Shown: piece after piece, positions 11,001 through 19,299 of the stretch
Layout: every line of letters begins with the position of its first letter
Numbering within the stretch: position 1 is the first letter of the stretch
Source of the DNA: Planctomycetota bacterium
GTDB lineage: Bacteria; Planctomycetota; UBA8108; SXIK01
Length of the DNA: 64,000 bases
Direction: 5' to 3'
NCBI GenBank assembly: GCA_965223265.1
Contig: OZ244999.1
Coordinates: forward strand, 7,008,001-7,072,000
Translations under genes and position numbers: made by a program
Notes under the pieces: model-generated
Told to the model about the DNA's origin: nothing
The model's database searches: none
The model's input: only the letters and a program-made list of their open reading frames with translations

Positions 11001-11187
11001 CGAAATCGGCGGCTATCGGGCGCTCCGTGACAGGGGGCATCGCAGCTCTTTCGATCACGAAGCCGTTCGGCACCGTGAACACGAACTCGCCAAGACGAAA
11101 CTCTCCGGCAAAAAGAGACGGAAGAGACGCTGCCATCAAAACGGCGATCGGCGCAGCGAACGCGGCTACTCTCCTACACATTCTCAT
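8089..11187 (-). CDS. PVC-type heme-binding CxxCH protein (membrane-bound dehydrogenase-like beta-propeller, HEAT repeats, cytochrome c)
   Basis: Propeller motifs RIVRLEDTDGDGRFD and FHPTDVVVDADGSLLVVD, HEAT repeats, and C-terminal GDARRGQRVF...CVSCH...GPDLT...SLMPSGL. Start placed at ATG 11187. Confidence 0.9.
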   Translation of the reverse strand: MRMCRRVAAFAAPIAVLMAASLPSLFAGEFRLGEFVFTVPNGFVIERAAMPPVTERPIAADFDDDGRLYVAESSGASYSVRKQLEDLPHRIVRLEDTDGDGRFDRRTLFADRMMFPEGALWHNGALYVAAPPSIWKLVDEDGDGKCDRREEWFRRTLSGCANDLHGPYLGLDGWIYWCKGEYRTQSYDRPGRDPLVTRAAHIFRARVDGSDIEPVMTGGMNNPVDVVFTPEGERILSTTFLQRPGGGKRDGLIHAIYGGVYGKVHSSTEGHQRTSDDVMPVLSHLGAAAPCGMTRYNAPQFGAEYENNLFVCNFNMKRVTRHVLKPDGSSFLSDDSDFVTCDHWDFHPTDVVVDADGSLLVVDTGGWYKVCCPTSQLSKPDVLGGIYRVRRVGAEVPEDPRGLELTWDVDNAPAFLADARPAVRQRARSRLAQIGASAVPALAAVVVGDAQIDARRNAVWTLSRIPGDAARKAARLAFGDLDRGVRHAAAHVAGVWRDARALPELLGVLNSDAVSLQRVAAEAIGRIGRSEAVAELLAACETADRGLEHSLTYALIEIDAREATARGLASEHPRVQRAALVAVDQMDSGGWEAADVIPFLQADDPSLRSAAAWIVRRHPQWGGALAGHFEAQLQALNPDASESESIELLEQLVALSRHSALDDVLARAIEGDGSAGRHVALKVVSRARRKEAPASWAAAVAGEIRRRDPSSLALACAAAQNVASASSQELNQALSELARDVSQAHEFRLAALAAIPKDERQLDSSAVTFLMANVASEQPINQRSLASRVLSESSVDKPALDVVVGSISRTGPLEINRLFAVFDAVASEELGIQLLAALRASTAFPSLRADALEKWLAKQPEAVREAGEELVRALRGDAESQRSRIEEVAALASSGDARRGQRVFKSEKAACVSCHSIGYLGGTLGPDLTNVGSRRSDIDLAEAIMYPNLSFVQSYEPVTVVTKSGEVLTGILHGEPTDEVVLRTGPVDEVRLAREDAVDIAPSAVSLMPSGLDAQLTAQELADLVAFLKVAR

Positions 11188-11522
11188 GCATCTCTCTCCC
11201 TGCGATAGCACGCACGGCTCGGAGCACTTCGACCCATTGTGACAGAACACGTGAGATCAACTCGCGTCGTCCGCGTTGATCAATATAAGTATGGTCCCTC
11301 CGCTCTCGAACGCGAAGCTTTTTGCGCGAGCGAACAGACGGCTGATCTCCCTGTTGGCATCGTCGACCTCGACTGATCGCAGGAGCTCGCGTCAAAACGC
11401 CAGAATCGTTCAGAGAGTCAGACCTCGCGTTGCTCACCATTCCTAGCGGGCTATGGGGTTCGCGTGCCCGCGTTCCGATCGCGCCGCCAGCATTCCGAGA
11501 TAGGTCTCCTGTCCTCGGCGGC

Positions 11523-14500
11523 TCAGGTGCTATGTTCGGGGGTGTCGACCGGGGTAGCGTCTGTAGAGGTGTCCGAGACCCCACCGTCTCTCGCCACCTT
11601 GAGCGTCGAATCCGCACTGCGCAGATGAAGATCAAGCTGCGGGAAGGCGATCTCGAGTCCCGCTTCGGCGAACGCCTCGTTGATAGCTGTGTGCAGCTGA
11701 TGCACCGTCTCCAGGCGGTTCGCGAAATCAGGCAAGTAACAACGCAACACAAAGTTCAACGTGCTATCGCCGAATCCCTCGAACGTGGCGATGGGAGCTG
11801 GATCTTGCATCACCAGCGGATGAGCGCGAGCCACCTCGAGCAGCAACGAGCGCGTCGTTTCGGTGTCAGAGCCGTAAGCGACGCCGACGTTGATGACGAC
11901 GCGATTGACCGTGTTCGAGAGTGTCCAGTTCAGAAGGCGGCCCGTGATCAACTCTTTGTTCGGCACGACGTACTCCTTGCGATCCCAATTGATGATCGTC
12001 GTCGCACGGATGCGGATCTTCGAAACGGTGCCCGTGACATCGCCCACGGTGACGATATCGCCAATACGAATCGGACGCTCGAAGAGAAGAATGAGGCCAC
12101 AGAAGAAGTTCGCGATGATCTCTTGAAGTCCGAAACCAATTCCGACACCCAGCGCCGCCACGAGCCACTGAATGTTGTCCCAGCCGATGCCAATCGCTTT
12201 GAATCCGAGCATCAAACCAATGGCCGTGAGGGCATACTGCGACACGGTCGAGATCGCATATCGGATGCCGGCGTCCAGAGGCAGGTTCTTCAGCACAACA
12301 ATCTCGAGAACGCCAGGGAGGTTCTTCGCCGCGGCGATCGTCAGGACCAAGACGATGGTGGCGATCGCCACCTCGCCGAGGGTCAACGCCGTGCCAAGAA
12401 TTTTGACCTCGTCGAGGACTGCCAACGCCGGGAGAACACCGGACCAGATCAACCAACAGCCAACGACCGTGCCCATTCCGATCAACGTGCGTAGGAGCTT
12501 CCGCGATTGGTCATTGACGGTGACCAGATCGAGCTCAGCGCTTTCGACGACGGCCGGCCCTGCCTCAGTGGCGCCGTCGACCTTGGGGACAGGAGCGCTC
12601 TCTGCGGATCGTGCCTCGCGGTCGCGCCGGGCCTTCTCGATCGCCATGCGCCGCGCTTCGACCGTAAGCCAACGCAGGGCCAAGTTGTGAATCCCGACTG
12701 CGATGACGACAAGGCACACCGTTGCGACGACGCGCCGCTCGAGCACGAGCGCTGTGTAGTAGTAGCCTACGATGGCGACAATCGCTAGGGCGACAGGCAA
12801 AGCGACGGCGAGCGGATACCAAACGTATCGCAGCCGCGCCAGCCATCCCTCCGGACGCGCGGTCAACACCGATTCAACGACACCGCCCCGCGGCCGCAGT
12901 ACACGCTGCAGAAAAACGGCCTGCGCCGCCGTCGCGACGACGAAGGCGAGTCGCCCAAGGCTGTTTTGCTGCGCATCCAACCCGGCGCGCTCTGTCAACA
13001 CGACGATCAAGGTCGTCGCGGCGATCGTTCCCATGAGCCACAAGAGATGGCGGCGGATGAGGTCGAGCGAGCTCTGACGCCAGCGAAAATGGACGCGAGC
13101 GATACCGTGCGAGCGGCATAGAGCAGCACCGAAACGCAAAGCGAAGAACGCGAGCGACGCCATGAGAAGCGCGTGTCCGACAGCGTCGGCGAACGGCGAA
13201 GTCACCCCTGCGCTCCCTGCAGCCAGTCGCCAACCGAAGAAAGCCCCCACCAGTGGTGCCGGGGCAACGAACAAAAGCGTCGTCAGAAGGGCGTCGAGCG
13301 TCGAGACGAATCGGTCGCTGAAGATGCGACCAACACTCTCGGCGATTCTCTTGAGTCGCTCACGAAGACGCCGGCGAGACATCACGAGAACGAACCAGAT
13401 CACGAGAAACGCGAGGTGAATCACCGGTTGCGTGCGAAAGTCGGTGGCGATCGTCGAGGCTACGGAGACCCAGTTCTCTGGCGACAGGATCCAACCACAA
13501 GCACCGAGCAAATCTTTCGCGGTTTGCAGCGTCGGGAGTGATGCGCTGGGGATCCATAGCAGCCACTCGTCGAGCAGTAGAGAAAAATCGCTGGCGGTCT
13601 TCCGAAGTTCCGAGCGTGCAGTCGTCAAATCCGCCAACGACTTGAGCTGGCGATCGTAGGCTTGTTGAAGGTTCCTTTTCAGGGACTGGCTCGCCTGCAG
13701 TTGCTCCCGCACCTCGGCGACGATCTGTTGCCGCTGATCCGCGGGAAGCTCTGCGATTTGGTACCGCTGGTCCGCTATCGCCGCCTCGACAGCGGCGTCA
13801 AAGTCTTGCAACTCTCGGAGATCGGATCCGAGTTGAAAGTGTGCCGCCTCGGCAGCGGCCACGCTGCTCAGCCACTCCGACTCGACACCACCACTCTCGT
13901 ACAATACGTCGTCGATCCGCGCTCTCTGCTCTCGCATCACCTTAGCGCCGACGCCGCTGACTCCCGCACGATTGAGCTGCCCACTCGTTCGTTTGAGCAC
14001 TTCGCCTAGCTTCTGTGCTCGCTGCTGCGTCAAAGGCACGACAGAGTTGACGGCGTTCGTTCGCGCCTCAACGCGCGTCAACTCACCACCGAGCTCAGCG
14101 TTGTTCTCCGCCAGTTCCTTGATCAGGGGGTGCTTGTCGCTCGCCTCCTGACGCGCCCTTTCCGCCTCATGTTTCGCAGCCTCGGCATCCGCAGCGCGGA
14201 AATCAGCGATCAGCTGATCCAAAGGTGCGACGGCGGCCTCGTGCTGACGTACAACTTGCTCGGCGACCTCACTCTCGACCTCAAGGAGCTCGAGCCGCAT
14301 AGGCCGGCTCAACTCCTCTTGTTCCAACATGCGGATCTCATCGTTCACTGCCAATCGTCGTGCGAGCAGCGCGGCGCGCTTCGCCGCCGCGAGTGTGGCG
14401 TTCTCCTCGTCACCGCCGCCTTCGCGGGTCTCAGACTCAAGCTTCGCGAGGCGATCCCGTGCCTCTTGGAGCTGTTTGCGCGCCGCCTGCGGGCGTTCCT

Positions 14501-14981
14501 TCTCTTCTGACAGTTGTCTGCTCTTCTCTTCTGCCGCACTTTTCGCGGCAAGCAGGTCTGCCTGAATCTTCGCGAGCTCCACATCGAGCTCGCCGCGCTC
14601 CATTTTCTTCCACGCTGTCAGTCGACTCGCAGGCAACTCGACCGACTCCACGAGCGTGCTCCGCAGTTCCTTCGCCCGCTGCGACGCTTTCTCGATATCG
14701 CCTTTGTAAGACTCTGCCCGCCCCCGCCACTTCTCCGACTCTTCGAGCTTCTCCTTTGCCTCCCCGTAGATCTTCGCGGCTTCCGCTTTGATCTCGTCGG
14801 GCAACTCAGTGGCCGCTTGGATAGCAGTGATCTGGGCTTCGATGTACTGAGCAGTGAGCTCCGAATCGGCGGCTTTCGCTTTCGGCGGCGCCTGCAACCC
14901 CGCATTCTCTTGGGAGACAACGGGAACCGAGAACAACAGCGTGACAACACACGCGGAGCGCAAAAATGAATCGCGGTGCAT
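11523..14981 (-). CDS. mscK: MscK/KefA-type mechanosensitive channel
   Basis: Signal peptide, long periplasmic coiled coil, many TM helices and an MscS core (QWLVAALGVGIGFGLQEIIANF, ERPIRIGD, GTVSKIRIRAT, VPNKELIT, NWTLS, IAFPQLDLH). Confidence 0.9.
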   Translation of the reverse strand: MHRDSFLRSACVVTLLFSVPVVSQENAGLQAPPKAKAADSELTAQYIEAQITAIQAATELPDEIKAEAAKIYGEAKEKLEESEKWRGRAESYKGDIEKASQRAKELRSTLVESVELPASRLTAWKKMERGELDVELAKIQADLLAAKSAAEEKSRQLSEEKERPQAARKQLQEARDRLAKLESETREGGGDEENATLAAAKRAALLARRLAVNDEIRMLEQEELSRPMRLELLEVESEVAEQVVRQHEAAVAPLDQLIADFRAADAEAAKHEAERARQEASDKHPLIKELAENNAELGGELTRVEARTNAVNSVVPLTQQRAQKLGEVLKRTSGQLNRAGVSGVGAKVMREQRARIDDVLYESGGVESEWLSSVAAAEAAHFQLGSDLRELQDFDAAVEAAIADQRYQIAELPADQRQQIVAEVREQLQASQSLKRNLQQAYDRQLKSLADLTTARSELRKTASDFSLLLDEWLLWIPSASLPTLQTAKDLLGACGWILSPENWVSVASTIATDFRTQPVIHLAFLVIWFVLVMSRRRLRERLKRIAESVGRIFSDRFVSTLDALLTTLLFVAPAPLVGAFFGWRLAAGSAGVTSPFADAVGHALLMASLAFFALRFGAALCRSHGIARVHFRWRQSSLDLIRRHLLWLMGTIAATTLIVVLTERAGLDAQQNSLGRLAFVVATAAQAVFLQRVLRPRGGVVESVLTARPEGWLARLRYVWYPLAVALPVALAIVAIVGYYYTALVLERRVVATVCLVVIAVGIHNLALRWLTVEARRMAIEKARRDREARSAESAPVPKVDGATEAGPAVVESAELDLVTVNDQSRKLLRTLIGMGTVVGCWLIWSGVLPALAVLDEVKILGTALTLGEVAIATIVLVLTIAAAKNLPGVLEIVVLKNLPLDAGIRYAISTVSQYALTAIGLMLGFKAIGIGWDNIQWLVAALGVGIGFGLQEIIANFFCGLILLFERPIRIGDIVTVGDVTGTVSKIRIRATTIINWDRKEYVVPNKELITGRLLNWTLSNTVNRVVINVGVAYGSDTETTRSLLLEVARAHPLVMQDPAPIATFEGFGDSTLNFVLRCYLPDFANRLETVHQLHTAINEAFAEAGLEIAFPQLDLHLRSADSTLKVARDGGVSDTSTDATPVDTPEHST

Positions 14982-15126
14982 TCTTCTCAACAACCTCAAT
15001 TTCAAGGTCGAAAACGACCGAACTTCGAGCACAGCTTACCCGGATGAGTTCGAGAAACAAGGCGCTGCGACGCAACGCTGGGTCGCTGCAGCGAACCCGC
15101 TGGCTGCATCGCAAACGTCGACGTCT

Positions 15127-15153
15127 GTAGGTGCGACCCCCTGAGTCGCACCT
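15127..15153 (+). repeat. Single GTAG-REP-like hairpin
   Basis: GTAG overlapping the stem AGGTGCGAC-cccctga-GTCGCACCT in an intergenic region. Confidence 0.4.
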
Positions 15154-15476
15154 TCGCCCCCGGCGTACTTCACCGGCTTCGATTTTGACCTCATTGACGC
15201 ACACCGCGGGAGCGCTGACCCCCTCGGGAGTCCCAACCCAATGCACACCAAAAATGGCTCACGGTCGGCATGCCGCCTGCCGAGCGGGAGCGATTCTTCG
15301 TCGTCATTCTGCCGGAGTTGGCGACCAAGACTCGTCCGGAGATTGGACAAGTTGGTGCCAGAATCGGTCCTGATCCAAAGTTCGACGATGTCTAACTTTA
15401 ACTCACGCAGGCCCTAAAGAATGCCTAATTCAAGGCACTTTTCTTGCATCCCTAGATATGGGGATGAAGTACCTAG

Positions 15477-15559
15477 CAGCCCGTTGAAAGAGTGCTTTGA
15501 GCCGAAAACTGGTCTCTTCGCGGCCAGCGTCTCGGCCGAATGACTTTTTCAACAGGCTG
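15477..15559. mobile_element. MITE-like 83-bp element with IS5/IS1182-type terminal inverted repeats
   Basis: GCAGCCCGTTGAAAGAGT (15476-15493) versus the reverse complement of 15543-15560, GCAGCCTGTTGAAAAAGT: 16/18 match. Flanked by CTAG and CTTAG. Confidence 0.65.
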
Positions 15560-15605
15560 CTTAGCTCGCGGCAAGAGCACGAATACCTTTCTATGGCACA
15601 CACCA

Positions 15606-16034
15606 ATGCGAACACACGATCAAGAACCACGACGGTGGCTTCGACACGTAGGTGTCGTCTGCTGCCTCGCGTCTCTTTCGTTCGCCGTCTTCCTGGGGTT
15701 CTCCACTCCAGAGCGAGAGGCGGAGGTCAGGGACCTCGGGCGATCGACCGAGTTGTCGCAGCTGGCCCAACCCTCGCAAGATCGCGACACGGACTCCAAC
15801 GTGTTTCGCAACGCGAATTGGCTGAGCGACGAGTACCTCGCTCAGCTCGAGGAGGCGCCCTCTCCTCGACCGGAACCAGCCGTGGACTACTCGGAGATCA
15901 GTGCAACCGTTTTCGAACAACTTCACGGCGTCACCGTCGGCACGGTGAGCCACTCCACTTCATCCACCGAGCGTGAAGTACGGCGGTGGGAAAAACTGTA
16001 TGAGGAACGAAAGAATGCGCGCAAATCGGACTAG
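15606..16034 (+). CDS. Hypothetical single-TM or exported protein leading the pilin-like operon
   Basis: Hydrophobic VGVVCCLASLSFAVFLGF segment. Overlaps the start of the next gene. Confidence 0.55.
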   Translation: MRTHDQEPRRWLRHVGVVCCLASLSFAVFLGFSTPEREAEVRDLGRSTELSQLAQPSQDRDTDSNVFRNANWLSDEYLAQLEEAPSPRPEPAVDYSEISATVFEQLHGVTVGTVSHSTSSTEREVRRWEKLYEERKNARKSD

Positions 16035-16557
16035 CAAAGAGCAGGGCTTCTCTCTGCTCGAGGTCCTCGTCGCCCTGACGTTCCTAACTCTCATCTTTCT
16101 AGCGTCCGGGCTGACGGTACAGTCGAGCAGCCTAGTCGCAAGGCAGATGGAGGAGGATCTCCTCATTCAGACGCAAGCCCAAAACTACGTAGACCTTTGT
16201 CTTCTTCAGCCTTTCGGTCGCGAGACCGACGACAACCCGCTTCCGGACCTGCTCGTGGAGGTCTTCGACAACGACGAAGAGCCCGGCGACATCACGCTCC
16301 ACCAGTTGACGCGGTGGCCCGTGAGTGACGACGGTTGGCGCTTCGAGCTAACCAGCTTTCCGGTGCCTGGCGAGTGGCGTGTCTCCGTGACCAGTGACCT
16401 CGACGGCGATGGTGGCACCGGCACGACGACAGCAACCGGCAACGACGCGACCTCGCTAGCCAGCGTCGAGGCCTCACGTGGAGTATTTCGCATAAGCGTC
16501 TTCTTCAACGAGCGACCGATTCTGACGACAAACAGAGCCAAGGAGGTGAGCCTGTGA
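16015..16557 (+). CDS. Prepilin-type N-terminal cleavage/methylation protein (PilV/GspI-like)
   Basis: Class III signal QG-FSLLEVLVALTFL with E5. RBS GAGGAA. Stop overlaps the next GTG. Confidence 0.85.
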   Translation: MRANRTSKEQGFSLLEVLVALTFLTLIFLASGLTVQSSSLVARQMEEDLLIQTQAQNYVDLCLLQPFGRETDDNPLPDLLVEVFDNDEEPGDITLHQLTRWPVSDDGWRFELTSFPVPGEWRVSVTSDLDGDGGTGTTTATGNDATSLASVEASRGVFRISVFFNERPILTTNRAKEVSL

Positions 16558-18605
16558 TCGTTCGACGAAGACGCGCTGAAACCGGCAGCGTTTTGACACT
16601 GGTGATCGTCGTCGCCGTGAGCGTCGGATTTCTCCTCACCGTGCTCGTGCAGAAAGGCTACGTGCAGTCAAAAGACTCCCGTTTCCGCATCGAGTCAACA
16701 CGCGCGCTCTACGAAGCGTATGGGGAGCTGGAGATCGCCGAGAGCATCATCGCCGAATCTGAGTACTCCAGCGAGGGCAAGAACCTCGCGATCCAGGCCG
16801 CTCTTGCGCATCCCGAGAAACGGATTGCCGGCACCGATGTGACCGTCGCGGAGATGACCGGATCGAGCGGAACCTGGTACAGCATGACCGTCCGTGTACC
16901 GTACGCGGACCACTACGAACGTGTCGTGACGCAGCCGGTGCGAGAGATCGACTTTTTCTCCAGTTACAACCTCTTCGTTTCCGAAGACGCCGCGGGGGTC
17001 TCTGGCGCTCCAGTCGGCGCGATTCACTCGAACCGGGACGTTCAGTTCTACTTCCCCAACGGCGACTTCAAGCACTCGGTAACGGCGGTCGAAGGCCACA
17101 GCTACAAGGCCGGAGCGACCGAAGACAACACTTCGATTACGGGTCCATTCAATCCTACCGGGGAGCGCATCGAATTAGACCTGGGCAGCACTGATCGTAC
17201 GAATCTGGACCACATCGCAACCAATGCCGAAGCCGACTTCGCTTACGATGAAACGATCGACGTCGGGTTGAATTTCTACATTGTGGATGGGAAGCAGTGG
17301 GTCGAAGTCGAAAAGTGGAGCCAGCCTGCGACTAACGAGATCACAGAAGACGTCATCGTTGGCTACGACCTGGTCAATCCTCGGGAGGAGACCTACACCT
17401 ACACAGAGGAAGTCAGTGCCGGGTTCGAAACTCGGACAAGAGAGATCGAAGTTTTCGATCACTACGAGACGGTTCTGGTCGACGTCGATGAGCCCGTCTA
17501 TGTCACCGACACCCGGGTCGTGCAAGAGGCGGTTTACGTCGACGAAGTCAAGACGCGAGAGGTTCCCGTCTATCGTGATGAAGAGCGCACACGCACAGTA
17601 ACGCAGCAAGTCTGGGTGACACTTGACGGCGACGGCAGCGGCGGTGCCGGCGGCACGACGGTGGCCGGCGATGGCACGGTCGGCTACTGGGCCGAGCAGG
17701 AAGTGGAGGAGACCTATACCGTCCAAGTCGTCGACCATTACGAGACTGAGTCCTACACCGAAAAGGTGTTCAGTCACTACGAAGACGTCACCGAAACCTA
17801 CGAACGCTTTGACCACTACGTGACCGTCTCGGAGGAGCAAGAACAGCCTGTCTATCGCACGGAAACGGAGACCTACGAGGTCGAACTCTTCGAGACGGTG
17901 GAGCGCACCGGAACCGAAACCGTCTACGATGAAGAGCCGGTCTATGAGTCACAAACGCGCACCGAATACGCACCCTCCGTGCTTCTCAGCACCGAGAATC
18001 TTGCCGTTGCGGACAACGGACTGATTCATGCCTACGGCGACGTCCGCGCCGTCAGCGGCGAAGTGATCGACCGTGTCACGGTCGCCAGTCGAGGCTCGAT
18101 TCTCGTCACCGGGAATGTGATCTACAAAGATGTCGACGGCGACTCTGCATACCTCAACGGGGACAAGCCATGGCTCAGCTACGAAGCTAATGTCGACTAC
18201 GACAACCGAGCCACGCTCGGGCTCGTGGCCTACAAAGACGTTCTGTTCACGCGTGACGTACCAGACAACTTCGAAATCAACGCGAGCATGCTAGCGATCA
18301 CAGGCCGTGTCGGAGTCGACGGGATCGTCCTCGACGCCGACGGCAACGTGGCGCAGTACAACTACTTCACCGACGAGTTCGGACGTCAAGAGGTTGGTGC
18401 TACGTTCAACAAGAACTCGATCCGCCGGCTTGGCGGCATGACAACCGCAAGACGACCTGTGGAGACGGTGCTCGACGACTCCTCGATTGCTGCTGGATTC
18501 AACGTTGGTAATGCGGTGTTCGACATTGGTCTTCTTGACGGACCTCCACCGTTCTTTCTGACGTACAACTCGCCCCGTTTCTTCGCGACCACGATTGTCA
18601 AATAG
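16554..18605 (+). CDS. PilX/GspK-like minor pilin with large globular domain and a ~200-aa acidic beta-hairpin repeat insertion
   Basis: RRRRAETG-SVLTLVIVVAVSVG (class III-like signal without E5), GAIHSN, VTVASRGSILVTGNVIY, LGLVA and PPFF, as seen in PilX-like C-terminal domains. Confidence 0.75.
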   Translation: MIVRRRRAETGSVLTLVIVVAVSVGFLLTVLVQKGYVQSKDSRFRIESTRALYEAYGELEIAESIIAESEYSSEGKNLAIQAALAHPEKRIAGTDVTVAEMTGSSGTWYSMTVRVPYADHYERVVTQPVREIDFFSSYNLFVSEDAAGVSGAPVGAIHSNRDVQFYFPNGDFKHSVTAVEGHSYKAGATEDNTSITGPFNPTGERIELDLGSTDRTNLDHIATNAEADFAYDETIDVGLNFYIVDGKQWVEVEKWSQPATNEITEDVIVGYDLVNPREETYTYTEEVSAGFETRTREIEVFDHYETVLVDVDEPVYVTDTRVVQEAVYVDEVKTREVPVYRDEERTRTVTQQVWVTLDGDGSGGAGGTTVAGDGTVGYWAEQEVEETYTVQVVDHYETESYTEKVFSHYEDVTETYERFDHYVTVSEEQEQPVYRTETETYEVELFETVERTGTETVYDEEPVYESQTRTEYAPSVLLSTENLAVADNGLIHAYGDVRAVSGEVIDRVTVASRGSILVTGNVIYKDVDGDSAYLNGDKPWLSYEANVDYDNRATLGLVAYKDVLFTRDVPDNFEINASMLAITGRVGVDGIVLDADGNVAQYNYFTDEFGRQEVGATFNKNSIRRLGGMTTARRPVETVLDDSSIAAGFNVGNAVFDIGLLDGPPPFFLTYNSPRFFATTIVK

Positions 18606-18657
18606 AGGAGATTCGACGCCACGAGCGTATCGGATCACACTTCGGAGAGGAATCGAA

Positions 18658-19230
18658 TTGAGCATTTCGCAACGACAGTCAAGACAGGCAGGGTGGGGAC
18701 TCGTTGAGACCGCGATCGCCCTCGCTGTCGTGAGCGTTCTCGTCGGAACCGTTGGCGTTGTCGTACGAGTTTTGACGCACGGAACCGCCGAGGTGAGCAC
18801 GCAGCTGAACGCCCAACAAGAAAACAACCGCGCCCGTCAGTTCTTTCTTGACGACCTTCAGACCACTGACAGTCTCAATCGTGACGAATTCGGCAACCCC
18901 TACGTGCAGGTGGCAAGCGTCGGCAGCGGCACTGACAACGCGCTCGCCTTCCGCAAGGTCTCCGGCTACCAGGTCGTGCCCGGGGAGGATCGTGTCACGC
19001 CGGTCTACGGCAGCGAGGTCCGGTACTTCGTCGACTCGGACGGCAACCTCCTTCGCACGCAGGATGGCGCGACACAATTCATCGCTCGCAACGTGAACGA
19101 TCTCCGTTTTCAGGTCTCACCTAAAGGTGTCATCACGATCGACCTCTCGACCGAAGACATCAAGGGAGACTCCGCGACACGCCTGGCTACCTGCTTTCGC
19201 ATCGTGCCGCGAAACACGCAGTCGATTTAA
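18658..19230 (+). CDS. PilW/GspJ-like minor pilin
   Basis: QAG-WGLVETAIALAVVSVLVG class III signal and VRYFVDSDGNLLRTQDG...IARNVNDLRF. TTG start after GGAGAGG. Confidence 0.8.
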   Translation: MSISQRQSRQAGWGLVETAIALAVVSVLVGTVGVVVRVLTHGTAEVSTQLNAQQENNRARQFFLDDLQTTDSLNRDEFGNPYVQVASVGSGTDNALAFRKVSGYQVVPGEDRVTPVYGSEVRYFVDSDGNLLRTQDGATQFIARNVNDLRFQVSPKGVITIDLSTEDIKGDSATRLATCFRIVPRNTQSI

Positions 19231-19299
19231 CCCGCAGCTCGACTGTAAGGGCCAAAGTCGCCACCGAGTTCGTTGCTCAGTCGTCGCCTAAGATTCTTC

